NCBI GenBank assembly: GCA_035706345.1
Contig: DASSVE010000083.1
Location: forward strand, 1 to 63,396
Direction of reading: 5' to 3'
DNA from: Acidimicrobiia bacterium
Lineage (GTDB): Bacteria; Actinomycetota; Acidimicrobiia; Spongiisociales; ZC4RG35
DNA length: 63,396 bases
The notes under the pieces are model-generated. The model did not search any database and was not told the DNA's origin. It was given only the letters and a program-made list of their open reading frames with translations. Positions 47,577 through 57,048 of this stretch are shown one piece after another (positions within the stretch are counted from its first letter, which is position 1; the number at the start of each line of letters is the position of its first letter). Both the position numbers and the translations under genes were made by a program.

Positions 47577-47651
47577 TGGTGCCCCCGGCAGGACTCGAAC
47601 CTGCGCACCCGGTTCCGGAGACCGGTGCTCTATCCCCTGAGCTACGGGGGC
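47577..47651 (-). tRNA. tRNA-Arg (anticodon CCG)
   Basis: I folded the cloverleaf by hand on the minus strand. The acceptor is GCCCCCG/CGGGGGC, the D arm GCTC-AGGGGATA-GAGC, and the anticodon stem CCGGT/ACCGG with loop CTCCGGA. The T arm is GCAGG-TTCGAGT-CCTGC. CCA is encoded. Confidence 0.9.
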
Positions 47652-47852
47652 GGAATGGGTTGGAACGCGGTGGAAAACGCTCCAACACTGCTTTGGTGTT
47701 GCTGAGGGTAGTTGCCCATAGGCCCAAACCGCCTGCCGTCAGGGTGATCAGGTAGTCCGCCAACCATGACCGACATATCCCCCGAACGCGGGATGTGAGG
47801 TCGTGGTCGACAGACGATCGTAGGGGCACGCGTCCGACCACTAGGAGGAAGC

Positions 47853-48185
47853 ATGCTCGTGCGAGATGCCCGTCAGCAGCTGGGCGAGGCCTATGAGCTA
47901 CTGCTCTCGGTACGACGCTTCTCATTCGCCGAAAGGGCCCGACGAGAGCTGTCCGCAACGGGTGATCACACCAGGCGGCGATTTGAGCGACCGGTCGACA
48001 TGCTCACCCCCCAGGAGAGGGAAGTCGCACAGCTCGTCGGTGAAGGCGCCTCGAACCCTGAGGTGGCCGACCGCCTCTTCATCAGCAGACGAACGGTGGA
48101 GTATCACCTGAGCAACGTCTACGCGAAGCTCGGAATCAGCTCCCGCACCGAACTCGCCATCCGGGTCGCCGAGGAAGGGGTCTGA
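47853..48185 (+). CDS. LuxR-family HTH protein corresponding only to the C-terminal end of large ATPase/TPR-LuxR regulators (possible truncated remnant)
   Basis: 110 aa. The segment ERARRELSATG...LTPQEREVAQLVGEGASNPEVADRLFISRRTVEYHLSNVYAKLGISSRTEL is a GerE/LuxR HTH plus the last TPR-like helix. A strong SD AGGAGGAA precedes the ATG. Confidence 0.6.
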   Translation: MLVRDARQQLGEAYELLLSVRRFSFAERARRELSATGDHTRRRFERPVDMLTPQEREVAQLVGEGASNPEVADRLFISRRTVEYHLSNVYAKLGISSRTELAIRVAEEGV

Positions 48186-48203
48186 GGACTGATCGTTGGC
48201 GGT

Positions 48204-48229
48204 GGGCTGGTGCCTTTCGGCACCCGCCC
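48204..48229 (+). terminator. Hairpin downstream of the LuxR-type gene
   Basis: The stem GGTGCC-tttc-GGCACC is extended by GGGC/GCCC with one mismatch. There is no U-tract. Confidence 0.3.
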
Positions 48230-48428
48230 GGCCCTACGGGCTCGTTGTCGCAAGCACCGCTCGGCCGGAGGAGGAGGCGATCACAGACGTCGCACTTGGC
48301 CGTTGGCGTGTACCCCCTGACAACAGTGACTCTGTCACCCGGCCCCGACACGCACATCCCGTGTCTCCGTGGTTCCGCCGACCGCACGCCGGTGAGGCAA
48401 CACCCCGGCCGTTGATACCCTTTCAACC

Positions 48429-48635
48429 ATGGCTGACCAGGGTCACGATGACAACGGTCGAAACGGCGAGGAACCGCGCCGCAAGAAGGCGGTGAGTGTC
48501 GGGCTCGCTGCTGCTTATGGCGCCGCCGCCGGAACCCTCGTCTTCGCCATGACCGGCAACCCGTTCTGGATCGCAATGGGCCCTGCGATTGGCGTTGTCA
48601 TCGCGGCGGTCTTCAACGAGAAGGAGTCGGAGTGA
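48429..48635 (+). CDS. Small membrane protein (two Gly/Ala-rich helices)
   Basis: 68 aa. A charged N-tail is followed by VSVGLAAAYGAAAGTLVFAM and FWIAMGPAIGVVIAAVF. There is a 4-nt overlap with the downstream gene. Confidence 0.5.
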   Translation: MADQGHDDNGRNGEEPRRKKAVSVGLAAAYGAAAGTLVFAMTGNPFWIAMGPAIGVVIAAVFNEKESE

Positions 48636-49219
48636 CCTTCATCGAGACCGTCCCGGAGGATCAGGCACAGGGCCAGCTGGCCGAGATCTATGCGACCGAG
48701 AAGTCCTCGAACGGCTTCATCCCCAATTACACGCGGACATTCGGTCATCGACCCGACCTGTATCTCGCCTGGGCACAGCTGGTCAAGACAGTTCGCTCGG
48801 CGATGGACCCCCGTCGCTACGAGCTCGCCACCACGGCGGCCGCCATCGCTCTGCGATCCACCTACTGCTCCCTGGCCCACGGGGAGAAGCTGCTGGGTCT
48901 CGGCTCGGACGAGGATGAGGTGCGCAGTCTGGTGAGGGACGACGGTTCGGGGCTGAGCGAACAGGAGAAAGCGGTCCTCGACTATGCCGTCAAGGTGGTT
49001 CGCTCCGCGAATGCGGTGACCGAGGACGACATCGAGCGTCTCCGCTCGGTCGGTTTGAGCGACACCGAGATCTTCGACGTGGCTGCCGCGGCGGCGGCGC
49101 GCTCCTTCTTCTCCAAGCTTCTCGATGCCACCGGGACCAGACCCGACTCGATCTTCAGGGAGCGGATTCCTGGGCTGGTCGACGACCTCACCGTGGGGCG
49201 AGAGCCCGACGAGCTCTGA
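48632..49219 (+). CDS. Carboxymuconolactone decarboxylase / AhpD-like peroxidase-related family protein
   Basis: 195 aa. The segments IPNYTRTFGHRPD...STYCSLAHG...LSDTEIFDVAAAAAARSFFSK are typical of the AhpD-fold peroxidase-related enzyme group. Confidence 0.65.
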   Translation: MTFIETVPEDQAQGQLAEIYATEKSSNGFIPNYTRTFGHRPDLYLAWAQLVKTVRSAMDPRRYELATTAAAIALRSTYCSLAHGEKLLGLGSDEDEVRSLVRDDGSGLSEQEKAVLDYAVKVVRSANAVTEDDIERLRSVGLSDTEIFDVAAAAAARSFFSKLLDATGTRPDSIFRERIPGLVDDLTVGREPDEL

Positions 49220-49225
49220 GCTGTC

Positions 49226-50419
49226 GTGCTCTATCGATCGACACGAGGGCAAACCGACCCGGTTGACTTCACCGGGGTGTTGCTCGGTGGCCTCGCACCC
49301 GACGGCGGGCTCTACGTCCCCGAAGAGGTCCCACGACTTCCCGCGGAATGGGAGACCTGGGACTATGTGGAGGCAGTCTCGAACGTGCTCGAGATCTATG
49401 GAGCCGTCGACACCGCGGCACTGGTCAAGGAGGCAGCATCCCGGTTCGCCCACCCGGAGGTCGCTCCCATCGTCGAAGTCGGCGATCGCCTGGTCCTCGA
49501 GCTCTTCTGGGGCCCGACCCTCTCCTTCAAGGATCATGCCCTCCAGGTGGTGGCCAGGCTGCTCGACCGTGAGGTCGAAGGGGGTGTGATCCTCGGCGCC
49601 ACCAGTGGGGACACCGGGTCGGCCGCCATCGAGGCCTGCCGTGGGCGGGAGAGCCTGAAGATCGTGATCCTCTACCCGGAGGGCCGGGTGTCGGAGTTCC
49701 AGAGAAGGCAGATGACCACGGTGCCTGACGACAACGTCAGGGCGATAGCGGTCCGGGGCACCTTCGACGAGTGCCAGCGCATGGTGAAGGAGGCCTTTTC
49801 CAGTCATCCCGACCTGCTGGCCGTCAACTCCATCAACTGGGCCCGGGTGGCCGCCCAGATCGGGTATCAGGTGGCCACGGCAGCCCGGATCGGACAGCCC
49901 TACGACGTGGTCGTGCCCACAGGCAACTTCGGCAACGTCTACTCCTGCTGGCTGGCCAAGCAGATGGGCGCTCCGATCGAGACCATCACCATCGCCAACA
50001 ACGCCAATCACGGTCTGGCCGACCTGGTCCAAACCGGTGAGATGCATCCCGGTGAGGTGATCCCGACCAGCTCCCCTGCGATGGACATCCAGATCCCGTC
50101 GAACCTCGAACGGTTCACCGCAGACCCGACCAAGGAGTTTCGGGCCGGCTGGGCCGACGACCGCCAGGTCGCGGACACCATCGACATGGTGGATCGAGAC
50201 CACGGGTATCGGCTCGATCCGCATACTGCGACCGCCTGGTTCGCAGGTCAGGAGACCAAGAGCGAACGGCCCCAGGTGGTGGTGGCGACGGCGCACCCGT
50301 CCAAGTTCGACGACGACATCGTTCCACCAGAGTGGTTCCCGTCCCTGGAGGGGCTTCCCGAGAGGGTGGTGACGATCGACCCCGATCTCACCGAGTTGGA
50401 GGAGCACATCACTCGCTGA
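49226..50419 (+). CDS. thrC: Threonine synthase
   Basis: 397 aa. The N-terminus YRSTRG...GGLAPDGGLYVP, the PLP lysine motif PTLSFKD and TSGDTGSAA are present. Confidence 0.9.
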   Translation: MLYRSTRGQTDPVDFTGVLLGGLAPDGGLYVPEEVPRLPAEWETWDYVEAVSNVLEIYGAVDTAALVKEAASRFAHPEVAPIVEVGDRLVLELFWGPTLSFKDHALQVVARLLDREVEGGVILGATSGDTGSAAIEACRGRESLKIVILYPEGRVSEFQRRQMTTVPDDNVRAIAVRGTFDECQRMVKEAFSSHPDLLAVNSINWARVAAQIGYQVATAARIGQPYDVVVPTGNFGNVYSCWLAKQMGAPIETITIANNANHGLADLVQTGEMHPGEVIPTSSPAMDIQIPSNLERFTADPTKEFRAGWADDRQVADTIDMVDRDHGYRLDPHTATAWFAGQETKSERPQVVVATAHPSKFDDDIVPPEWFPSLEGLPERVVTIDPDLTELEEHITR

Positions 50420-50583
50420 GCCTTGCTTTGCGCAAGAACGGCGAGCGGCTAGGATGTTGTTTGCGGGCTCCAGACCCGCACTCCCGGCACACCTTTCAGG
50501 TCTTCCCTGCGTGGATTCCTGTATGGCGTCAGGGAATCTCCGATCCATCAGAACCTTCACGGGGACTAGTCACGAAGGATCCA

Positions 50584-52038
50584 ATGACCACACGAGCTCA
50601 ACTCCAGAGCAAATCAATCGACGAGCTGCGGGAGGTCGCTGCGGCGGCCGGAATCGAGACCGACGGGCTTCAGAAGTCCAAGCTGATCGCAGCCCTCATG
50701 GACTCCGGTCAAGTCCAGGAAGACCAACCGGCCGAAGAACTCGACCTGCCGAGGGCTACGCCGCGCACTGACCCATCCGAACGACCCGATTTCGCCACCG
50801 ACGAGGACGGCGAGGACGAAGACGGTGGCCGGGGCGAAGGCCAGCAGGGTGCCGACGGCCGTGGCGGGCGGCAACGGAGCCGTCGACGCCGCGAAGATCA
50901 AGAGCGGGTGCCTGAGGACCAGCTCGAGGTGCGCGAGGGCATCCTCGACATCCTCCCCGAGGGCTACGGCTTCCTGAGGGTCACCGGATACAAGTCCGGC
51001 GACCGGGACGTCTATGTCTCGGCCAACCAGGTGCGCAAGTTCCGACTCCGCAAGGGCGACATCGTCTCGGGCCCGATCCGCCCGCCTCGCTCCAAGGAGA
51101 AGTTCCCCGCCGTCGTCCGCATCGCCTCCGTGAACGGGATGGATCCCGACGAGGCCATGAAGCGGCCCAAGTTCGAGAGCCTCACCCCGCTGTTCCCCGA
51201 CGAGAGACTCCGTCTCGAGGTCGAGGGCAGGCCGAACAACATCCTGACCAGGATCGTCGACCTCATCGCACCCATCGGCAAGGGCCAGCGTGGTCTGATC
51301 GTGTCGCCGCCCAAGGCCGGGAAGACCACGGTGCTACAGGAGATCGCCCAGTCGATCACCATCAACAACCCTGAGTGCTATCTCATGGTGGTCCTGGTGG
51401 ACGAGCGCCCCGAGGAGGTCACCGACATGCAGCGGTCGGTCAAGGGCGAGGTCATCTACTCGACCTTCGACCGTCCCGCCGAGGAGCACACCCAGGTCTC
51501 CGAGCTGGCCATCGAGCGGGCCAAGCGGCTCGTCGAGATGGGCACCGACGTGGTCATCGTGCTCGACTCCATCACCCGTCTCGCCCGGGCTCACAACCTG
51601 GCGACGCCGGCATCGGGCCGGATCCTCTCCGGTGGAGTCGACTCCCAGGCCCTGTACCCGCCAAAGCGGTTCTTCGGCGCTGCCCGGAACATCGAGGAGG
51701 GCGGGTCCCTGACCATCCTGGCCACCGCCCTGGTCGAGACCGGGTCAAAGATGGACGAGGTGATCTTCGAGGAGTTCAAGGGCACCGGGAACATGGAGCT
51801 GCGACTCGACCGCAAGCTGGCGGACAAGCGCATCTACCCCGCCGTGGACATCGAGGCTTCGGGAACACGTAAGGAAGAGCTGTTGTTCGACAGGACCGAG
51901 CTGAATCAGGTGTGGAAGCTGCGCCGGGTCCTGCTCGCTCTCGAGCCAGGAGCCGCCCTCGAGCTTCTCATCGACCGTTTGAAGACAACCAAGAGCAATG
52001 CCGAGTTCCTCGCCGAAGTGGCGAAGAGCAGCGGCTGA
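50584..52038 (+). CDS. rho: Transcription termination factor Rho (with Arg/Gly/Asp/Glu-rich N-terminal insertion)
   Basis: The ATG is at 50584. An N-terminal Rho_N helix bundle is followed by an insertion of about 70 aa ([33 protein letters not shown]). A CSD-like RNA-binding domain follows. Walker A is PPKAGKTT and the C-terminus is RecA-like. Confidence 0.9.
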   Translation: MTTRAQLQSKSIDELREVAAAAGIETDGLQKSKLIAALMDSGQVQEDQPAEELDLPRATPRTDPSERPDFATDEDGEDEDGGRGEGQQGADGRGGRQRSRRRREDQERVPEDQLEVREGILDILPEGYGFLRVTGYKSGDRDVYVSANQVRKFRLRKGDIVSGPIRPPRSKEKFPAVVRIASVNGMDPDEAMKRPKFESLTPLFPDERLRLEVEGRPNNILTRIVDLIAPIGKGQRGLIVSPPKAGKTTVLQEIAQSITINNPECYLMVVLVDERPEEVTDMQRSVKGEVIYSTFDRPAEEHTQVSELAIERAKRLVEMGTDVVIVLDSITRLARAHNLATPASGRILSGGVDSQALYPPKRFFGAARNIEEGGSLTILATALVETGSKMDEVIFEEFKGTGNMELRLDRKLADKRIYPAVDIEASGTRKEELLFDRTELNQVWKLRRVLLALEPGAALELLIDRLKTTKSNAEFLAEVAKSSG

Positions 52039-52058
52039 GCCGTCACCAGGAGACCGAA

Positions 52059-52322
52059 TTGAAGACCGACATCCATCCCACCTACGACACCACCAAGGTC
52101 ACCTGCTCGTGTGGCAACCAATTCGAGACCCGGAGCACCAAGCCGGGGGAGATGCACATCGAGCTCTGCAACGAGTGCCATCCCTTCTTCACCGGCAAGC
52201 AGAAGGTGGTGGACTCCGGCGGCCGCGTGGAGCGCTTCCAGCGTCGTTACGGGAAGAGCACGTTCACCAAGGCCGGGGAGACCTCCGACAGCTCTGGGGA
52301 AGAGACAGCTGACAGCGAGTGA
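52059..52322 (+). CDS. rpmE: 50S ribosomal protein L31 (Cys-containing type) with acidic C-terminal tail
   Basis: The TTG at 52059 is preceded by CAGGAGA. The sequence reads (M)[19 protein letters not shown]...[13 protein letters not shown]. The extra tail is [15 protein letters not shown]. Confidence 0.85.
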   Translation: MKTDIHPTYDTTKVTCSCGNQFETRSTKPGEMHIELCNECHPFFTGKQKVVDSGGRVERFQRRYGKSTFTKAGETSDSSGEETADSE

Positions 52323-52377
52323 CCCCTCCGCTCCCTCCGGGAGCGGCCACACGGAGGTTCCCGAAGGGGACTCCAAT

Positions 52378-53343
52378 GTGCCGCCCGACCGGGCGCCACG
52401 CATCGATCCCTCGACCACCGTTGGGGGGCAAGCGGTCATCGAAGGGGTGATGATGCGGGCCCCGACCGCGTGGTCGGTGGCGGTTCGTCAACCAAACGGA
52501 GACATAGTCGCCCGGCGCGACAACCTCACCAGGCTCTCCGAGCGCAACCGGTGGGCTCGCGTCCCGTTCGTGCGGGGCGTCTTCGTCCTCTGGGAGTCGC
52601 TCACCCTCGGGTTCAAGGCCCTGTCCTGGTCCGCCCAGGTGGCCACCGAGGAGGAGGAGAAGCCGCTCAGCAAGAGCGAGATCGGGTGGACGATGGCGTT
52701 GGCCCTGGCCTTCTTCGCCGGTGTCTTCATCCTGCTCCCGGCGTTCGCCGCCGGGCTGGTATCCGAAGACTCCGATCTGGGCTTCAGCGTCATCGAAGGA
52801 GTGATCCGGCTCGGGTTGTTCGTCGGCTACATCTGGCTGATAGGCCGGTCCAAGGACATCGCCCGGGTCTTCCAGTATCACGGCGCCGAGCACATGTCGA
52901 TCCACGCCTACGAGGCCGGAGAGCCGCTCAGCGTCGAGTCGGTGCGGCGCTACCCGCCCGAGCATCCCCGCTGCGGCACCAGCTTCCTGCTCATCGTGGT
53001 GTTGGGATCCATCATCTTCTTCACGTTCCTGGGCCAGCACGGAATCCCGTTCCTGATCGTCTCCCGTCTCCTCGGGATCCCTGTCATCGCCGGTCTTGCC
53101 TACGAGCTGTTGCGGTTCTCAGGCACTCGTCCCGACGGCCGACTCGCGGCCATCCTGGCCAAGCCGGGTATCTGGCTGCAGAAGCTGACCACCTCGGTTC
53201 CCACCGATGACCAGATCGAGGTGGCCATTTCCAGTCTCGTGGTCGCCCTCGACGACGATCAGTTCGGCGAGGTGTCCACCCGGGGCGATCTGCCCCCGAT
53301 CGCACTCCAGGTTCGAGAGTCGGCGCGGGTGGGGGGTCTGTGA
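52378..53343 (+). CDS. DUF1385 domain membrane protein (YqhQ-like)
   Basis: The GTG at 52378 is preceded by GAAGGGGA. The segments VGGQAVIEGVMMR...FQYHGAEHMSIHAYE...HPRCGTSF are the DUF1385 signature. Confidence 0.8.
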   Translation: MPPDRAPRIDPSTTVGGQAVIEGVMMRAPTAWSVAVRQPNGDIVARRDNLTRLSERNRWARVPFVRGVFVLWESLTLGFKALSWSAQVATEEEEKPLSKSEIGWTMALALAFFAGVFILLPAFAAGLVSEDSDLGFSVIEGVIRLGLFVGYIWLIGRSKDIARVFQYHGAEHMSIHAYEAGEPLSVESVRRYPPEHPRCGTSFLLIVVLGSIIFFTFLGQHGIPFLIVSRLLGIPVIAGLAYELLRFSGTRPDGRLAAILAKPGIWLQKLTTSVPTDDQIEVAISSLVVALDDDQFGEVSTRGDLPPIALQVRESARVGGL

Positions 53344-54404
53344 TGGACGCCCAACTCGCCGACCGTCTCGACGAGATCGAGGCCGCATTCCAGGAGATCG
53401 AGGCCTCCCTCGCCGATCCCGAGGTTCTGTCCGACCACGTGCGGCTCGCCGAGTTGGGGAAACGCCACTCCGACATGAAGGACACGGTGGCCGACATCCG
53501 CCGCTGGCGTCAGGCTCAGGCCGACCTGGCCGAGGCCAGGGAGATGTCCGACGACCCCGACATGGCCCAGATGGCGCACGATCTCGAGGAGGAGATCGCC
53601 GCTCTCGAGGAGAGGATCAAGAGGGGTCTGGTCCCGACGGACCCCAACGACGAGAAGGACGTCATCGTCGAGATCAGATCGGGTGTCGGCGGCGATGAAG
53701 CCTCGATATGGGCAGGCGACCTGTTTCGCATGTACCAGAAGTACGCCGAGAGACTCGGGTTCCGCATGGAGGTGATGGAGGCGACCGAGTCCGAGACGGG
53801 TGGTTACGACAAGATCACCGTCTCGGTCAAGGGTCGCGGCGCCTACTCGAAGCTCAAGTTCGAGGGAGGGGTCCATCGGGTGCAGCGTGTCCCGAAGACC
53901 GAGTCCCAGGGTCGGGTGCACACATCGACGGCAACCGACCCCGTGCTGCCCGAGGCCGAGGAGGTCGACATCGAGATCGACCCCAACGACGTCCGCGTCG
54001 ACGTGTATCGGTCGACCGGCCCCGGCGGCCAGTCGGTGAACACCACCGACTCGGCGGTCCGTCTCACCCACATCCCCACGGGGATCGTGGTCTCGATGCA
54101 GGACGAGAAGAGCCAGTTGCAGAACAAGGAGAAGGCCTGGCGGGTGCTGCGTTCGAGACTGCTGCAGTTGGAGCAGGAGAAGGCAGCCGCCGAACTGGCC
54201 GGGGCACGGAAGAGCCAGGTGGGGACCGGTGACCGATCCGAGAAGATCCGCACCTACAACTACAAGGACAACCGGGTCACCGACCACCGGATCGGCCTGA
54301 CCATCAAACGTCTCGACGCAGTCCTCGAAGGCGAGCTCGACGACATCGTGGACGCCCTCACGGCCGCCGAGCAGGCCGACAAGCTGGCCGCAGATCTTTC
54401 CTAA
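53340..54404 (+). CDS. prfA: Peptide chain release factor 1
   Basis: 354 aa. The GGQ motif is STGPGGQSVNTTDSAVRLTH, and the PxT-type recognition region is PVLPEAEE.. The start overlaps the upstream stop. Confidence 0.9.
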   Translation: MMDAQLADRLDEIEAAFQEIEASLADPEVLSDHVRLAELGKRHSDMKDTVADIRRWRQAQADLAEAREMSDDPDMAQMAHDLEEEIAALEERIKRGLVPTDPNDEKDVIVEIRSGVGGDEASIWAGDLFRMYQKYAERLGFRMEVMEATESETGGYDKITVSVKGRGAYSKLKFEGGVHRVQRVPKTESQGRVHTSTATDPVLPEAEEVDIEIDPNDVRVDVYRSTGPGGQSVNTTDSAVRLTHIPTGIVVSMQDEKSQLQNKEKAWRVLRSRLLQLEQEKAAAELAGARKSQVGTGDRSEKIRTYNYKDNRVTDHRIGLTIKRLDAVLEGELDDIVDALTAAEQADKLAADLS

Positions 54405-54477
54405 TGCTGGGGAGCCGAAATACCGGCTCTCCGCCGCGTAGAAAGAGACGCACCCTCCTGCGAGAATCGGGGATGGC

Positions 54478-55206
54478 ATGGAGCAGCAGATTCCGCCGCA
54501 TGAGCTGAGCCGACTCGAGGCCGTGGCCGGGCCGAGCAAGCCGCTGGAGGACCTGGTGGCACGGCGTCTCGGCGGGGAGCCGCTCCAGTACATCGAGGGC
54601 ACGGCCCCCTTCGGCCCCCTCGACCTCCTGGTGGATGAGCGTGTCCTGGTGCCCCGCCCGGAGACCGAGGGTCTGTACGAGATCGCCACCAAGATGGTGC
54701 GAAACCCGGAGGTCATCGTCGACCTGTGCACCGGCTCCGGCGCCCTGGCTCTGGCGCTGAAGAGGGCCTTCCCGACCGCCGCCGTGTTCGCCACGGACAT
54801 CTCCGAGGAGGCGATCGAGGTCGCCACCCAGAACAAGTACCGCAACCAGCTCGACGTCTACCTGGCGGTCGGGAACCTGTTCGACCCGTTGCCTGCGGCG
54901 CTGCTGGGGGAGGTCGACCTTCTGGTCGCCAACCCGCCGTACGTCGCCGAGCACGAGTTCGAATCCCTGCCCGACGACGTAAAGCGGGAACCACGGATCG
55001 CCCTCGTCGCCGGTCCGACCGGTCTCGAGGTGATCCGCGAGATCGGGATGGCGGCGGCCCACTGGTTGCGACCGGGTGGTGTCCTCGTCTGCGAGATCGG
55101 GGAGACCCAGGGGATCGCCGCGGCCAACGCCTTCCTCGAGCTCCCCACCGTCATGCGCAAGGATCTCGCGGGTCGGGACCGCTACATAGTGGCCGTCCGG
55201 CCGTGA
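54478..55206 (+). CDS. prmC: Release factor glutamine N5-methyltransferase
   Basis: 242 aa. The motifs EPLQYIEG, VLVPRPETE, the SAM motif DLCTGSGALA and the catalytic LLVANPPYV are present. The N-terminal domain is shorter than usual. Confidence 0.85.
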   Translation: MEQQIPPHELSRLEAVAGPSKPLEDLVARRLGGEPLQYIEGTAPFGPLDLLVDERVLVPRPETEGLYEIATKMVRNPEVIVDLCTGSGALALALKRAFPTAAVFATDISEEAIEVATQNKYRNQLDVYLAVGNLFDPLPAALLGEVDLLVANPPYVAEHEFESLPDDVKREPRIALVAGPTGLEVIREIGMAAAHWLRPGGVLVCEIGETQGIAAANAFLELPTVMRKDLAGRDRYIVAVRP

Positions 55207-55760
55207 TCGAGAAGGCCCTGGAGGCGATCCTCGCAGGCGAGGTGGTGGGTCTCCCCACGGACACTGTCTACGGCATTGGGGTCGACCCGTTCAACTTCGA
55301 CGCAGTGGTCCGTCTCTTCGAGCTGAAGGGACGTCCCGAGAACAAGCCGGTTGGGGTCCTGGTGGCGGACATCGAGCAGGCCTTCGAGATCGGAGAGATC
55401 GATGACCGGGCGGCCGAGCTGGCCAGGGCCCATTGGCCGGGAGCGCTGACGCTCGTGGTCATCCCGAGGGTGGTCATGTCCGACTGGGTGGGGGACCGGC
55501 AACGGGGGACGATCGGCATCCGGGTCCCCGACCATCCCGTGGCCCTCGAGTTGCTCGCCCTCACCGGGCCCCTCGCCGTCACCTCGGCGAATCGGTCGGG
55601 GGGCCGGGAGGCGATGAACGATCGTGAGGCGCGCGACATCTTCGGGAGCGGTGTGGCGGTCTACCTGGAGGGCAGCGCGACGGGTGGCGAGCCCTCGACA
55701 GTGGTCGACGCCACCAGCGCCCGTTTCGATGTGATCAGGCAAGGGCCGGTGAGGATCTGA
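55203..55760 (+). CDS. tsaC: L-threonylcarbamoyladenylate synthase (YrdC/TsaC-type, single domain)
   Basis: The GTG at 55203 overlaps the prmC stop (GTGA). The motifs GLPTDTVYGIG, KGRPENKP and AVTSANRSG are present. Confidence 0.85.
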   Translation: MIEKALEAILAGEVVGLPTDTVYGIGVDPFNFDAVVRLFELKGRPENKPVGVLVADIEQAFEIGEIDDRAAELARAHWPGALTLVVIPRVVMSDWVGDRQRGTIGIRVPDHPVALELLALTGPLAVTSANRSGGREAMNDREARDIFGSGVAVYLEGSATGGEPSTVVDATSARFDVIRQGPVRI

Positions 55761-55776
55761 CGGTTACCCTCGCCTG

Positions 55777-57048
55777 ATGATCTCCATGGACCCCATCGAG
55801 CAGGTCGACCCGGCGATCGCCGGTCTCATACGCAAGGACCTGGAACGCCAGAACACCCACATCCACCTGATCGCATCGGAGAACTTCGCCTCCCCGGCGG
55901 TGATGGCCGCCTCCGGGTCGGTGTTCACCAACAAGTACGCCGAGGGCTACCCGGGTCGCCGCTATTACGAGGGGTGCCAGGTCGTCGACGAGATGGAGCA
56001 GCTGGCCATCGACCGCGCCAAGGAGTTGTTCGGCGCCGAGTACGCCAACGTGCAACCGCACTCCGGGGCGCAAGCCAACATGGGCGCCTACTTCTCGCTG
56101 ATCGCGCCGGGCGACACCGTCCTCGGGATGCGTCTCGACCACGGAGGCCACCTCACCCACGGCTCGCCGGTCAACTTCAGCGGTCTCTACTACAACTTCG
56201 TCGCCTACGGAGTCGACCCCGTCTCCGAGGTCATCGACATGGACGAGGTGTTCAGTCTGGCCAAGGAGCACCGTCCCAAGATCCTCCTCGCCGGCTACTC
56301 GGCATATTCGAGGATCCTCGACTTCCGGCGTTTCCGGGAGATCGCCGACGAGGTGGGTGCGGTCTTCATGGTCGACGCCGCCCACTTCATCGGTCTGGTG
56401 GCGGGACAGTCCCACCCTTCTCCGGTCCCGTACGCAGACATCGTCACCGCGACCACCCACAAGGCCCTGCGGGGGCCGCGTGGCGGCCTGGTCCTGGCCA
56501 CCGAGAGGTTCGGGGAGAATCTCAACAAGGGCGTGTTCCCCAACGTCCAGGGGGGACCGATCGAGTCCCAGATCGCGGCCAAGGCGGTGTGCTTCCACGA
56601 AGCCATGCAGCCGTCGTTCCGGGAGTACACCGACCAGATCGTGGCCAACGCCAACGCCATGGCGACGAGGACTCAGGAAGAGGGCGTCCGGGTCGTGTCC
56701 GGCGGCACCGAGAACCACCTCTACCTGATCGACCTCCGTTCGGTCGACGAGGACCTCACCGGCAAGGACGCCGCCCGGTTGCTCGACGAGATCGGGATCA
56801 CGCTGAACTTCAACACCATCCCGAACGATCCCCGACCCCCGTACCGCGCCTCGGGTCTCCGCATCGGCACACCGGCCATGACCACCCAGGGCATGAAAGA
56901 GGAGCAGGCCGTGGAGGTGGCGTCCCTGATCTGTCAGGCGCTGAGGAGCCGGGGGGACGAGAAGACGCTGGCAGGGCTAGCCGGGCGGGTGTCCGAGTTG
57001 GCCGCGCAGTTCACTCCATACCCGGCCGACTTCGCCGGTCACGTTTGA
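55777..57048 (+). CDS. glyA: Serine hydroxymethyltransferase
   Basis: 423 aa. The segments LIASENFASPAVM...YAEGYPGRRYY and the PLP site TTTHKALRGPRGG are present. Confidence 0.9.
   Translation: MISMDPIEQVDPAIAGLIRKDLERQNTHIHLIASENFASPAVMAASGSVFTNKYAEGYPGRRYYEGCQVVDEMEQLAIDRAKELFGAEYANVQPHSGAQANMGAYFSLIAPGDTVLGMRLDHGGHLTHGSPVNFSGLYYNFVAYGVDPVSEVIDMDEVFSLAKEHRPKILLAGYSAYSRILDFRRFREIADEVGAVFMVDAAHFIGLVAGQSHPSPVPYADIVTATTHKALRGPRGGLVLATERFGENLNKGVFPNVQGGPIESQIAAKAVCFHEAMQPSFREYTDQIVANANAMATRTQEEGVRVVSGGTENHLYLIDLRSVDEDLTGKDAARLLDEIGITLNFNTIPNDPRPPYRASGLRIGTPAMTTQGMKEEQAVEVASLICQALRSRGDEKTLAGLAGRVSELAAQFTPYPADFAGHV

Noticed and set aside
47528-47652. Integrated element at tRNA-Arg
   Set aside because: I found no integrase or recombinase gene, and no direct repeat of the tRNA 3' end by eye on either side. 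Only the truncated LuxR gene hints at past rearrangement.
48515-50560. 681-aa minus-strand ORF
   Set aside because: It is antisense to the AhpD-like gene and thrC, which carry clear signatures. No family features are present.
53259-54845. 528-aa minus-strand ORF
   Set aside because: It is antisense to prfA/prmC, where the GGQ and NPPY motifs lie on the plus strand. It is spurious.
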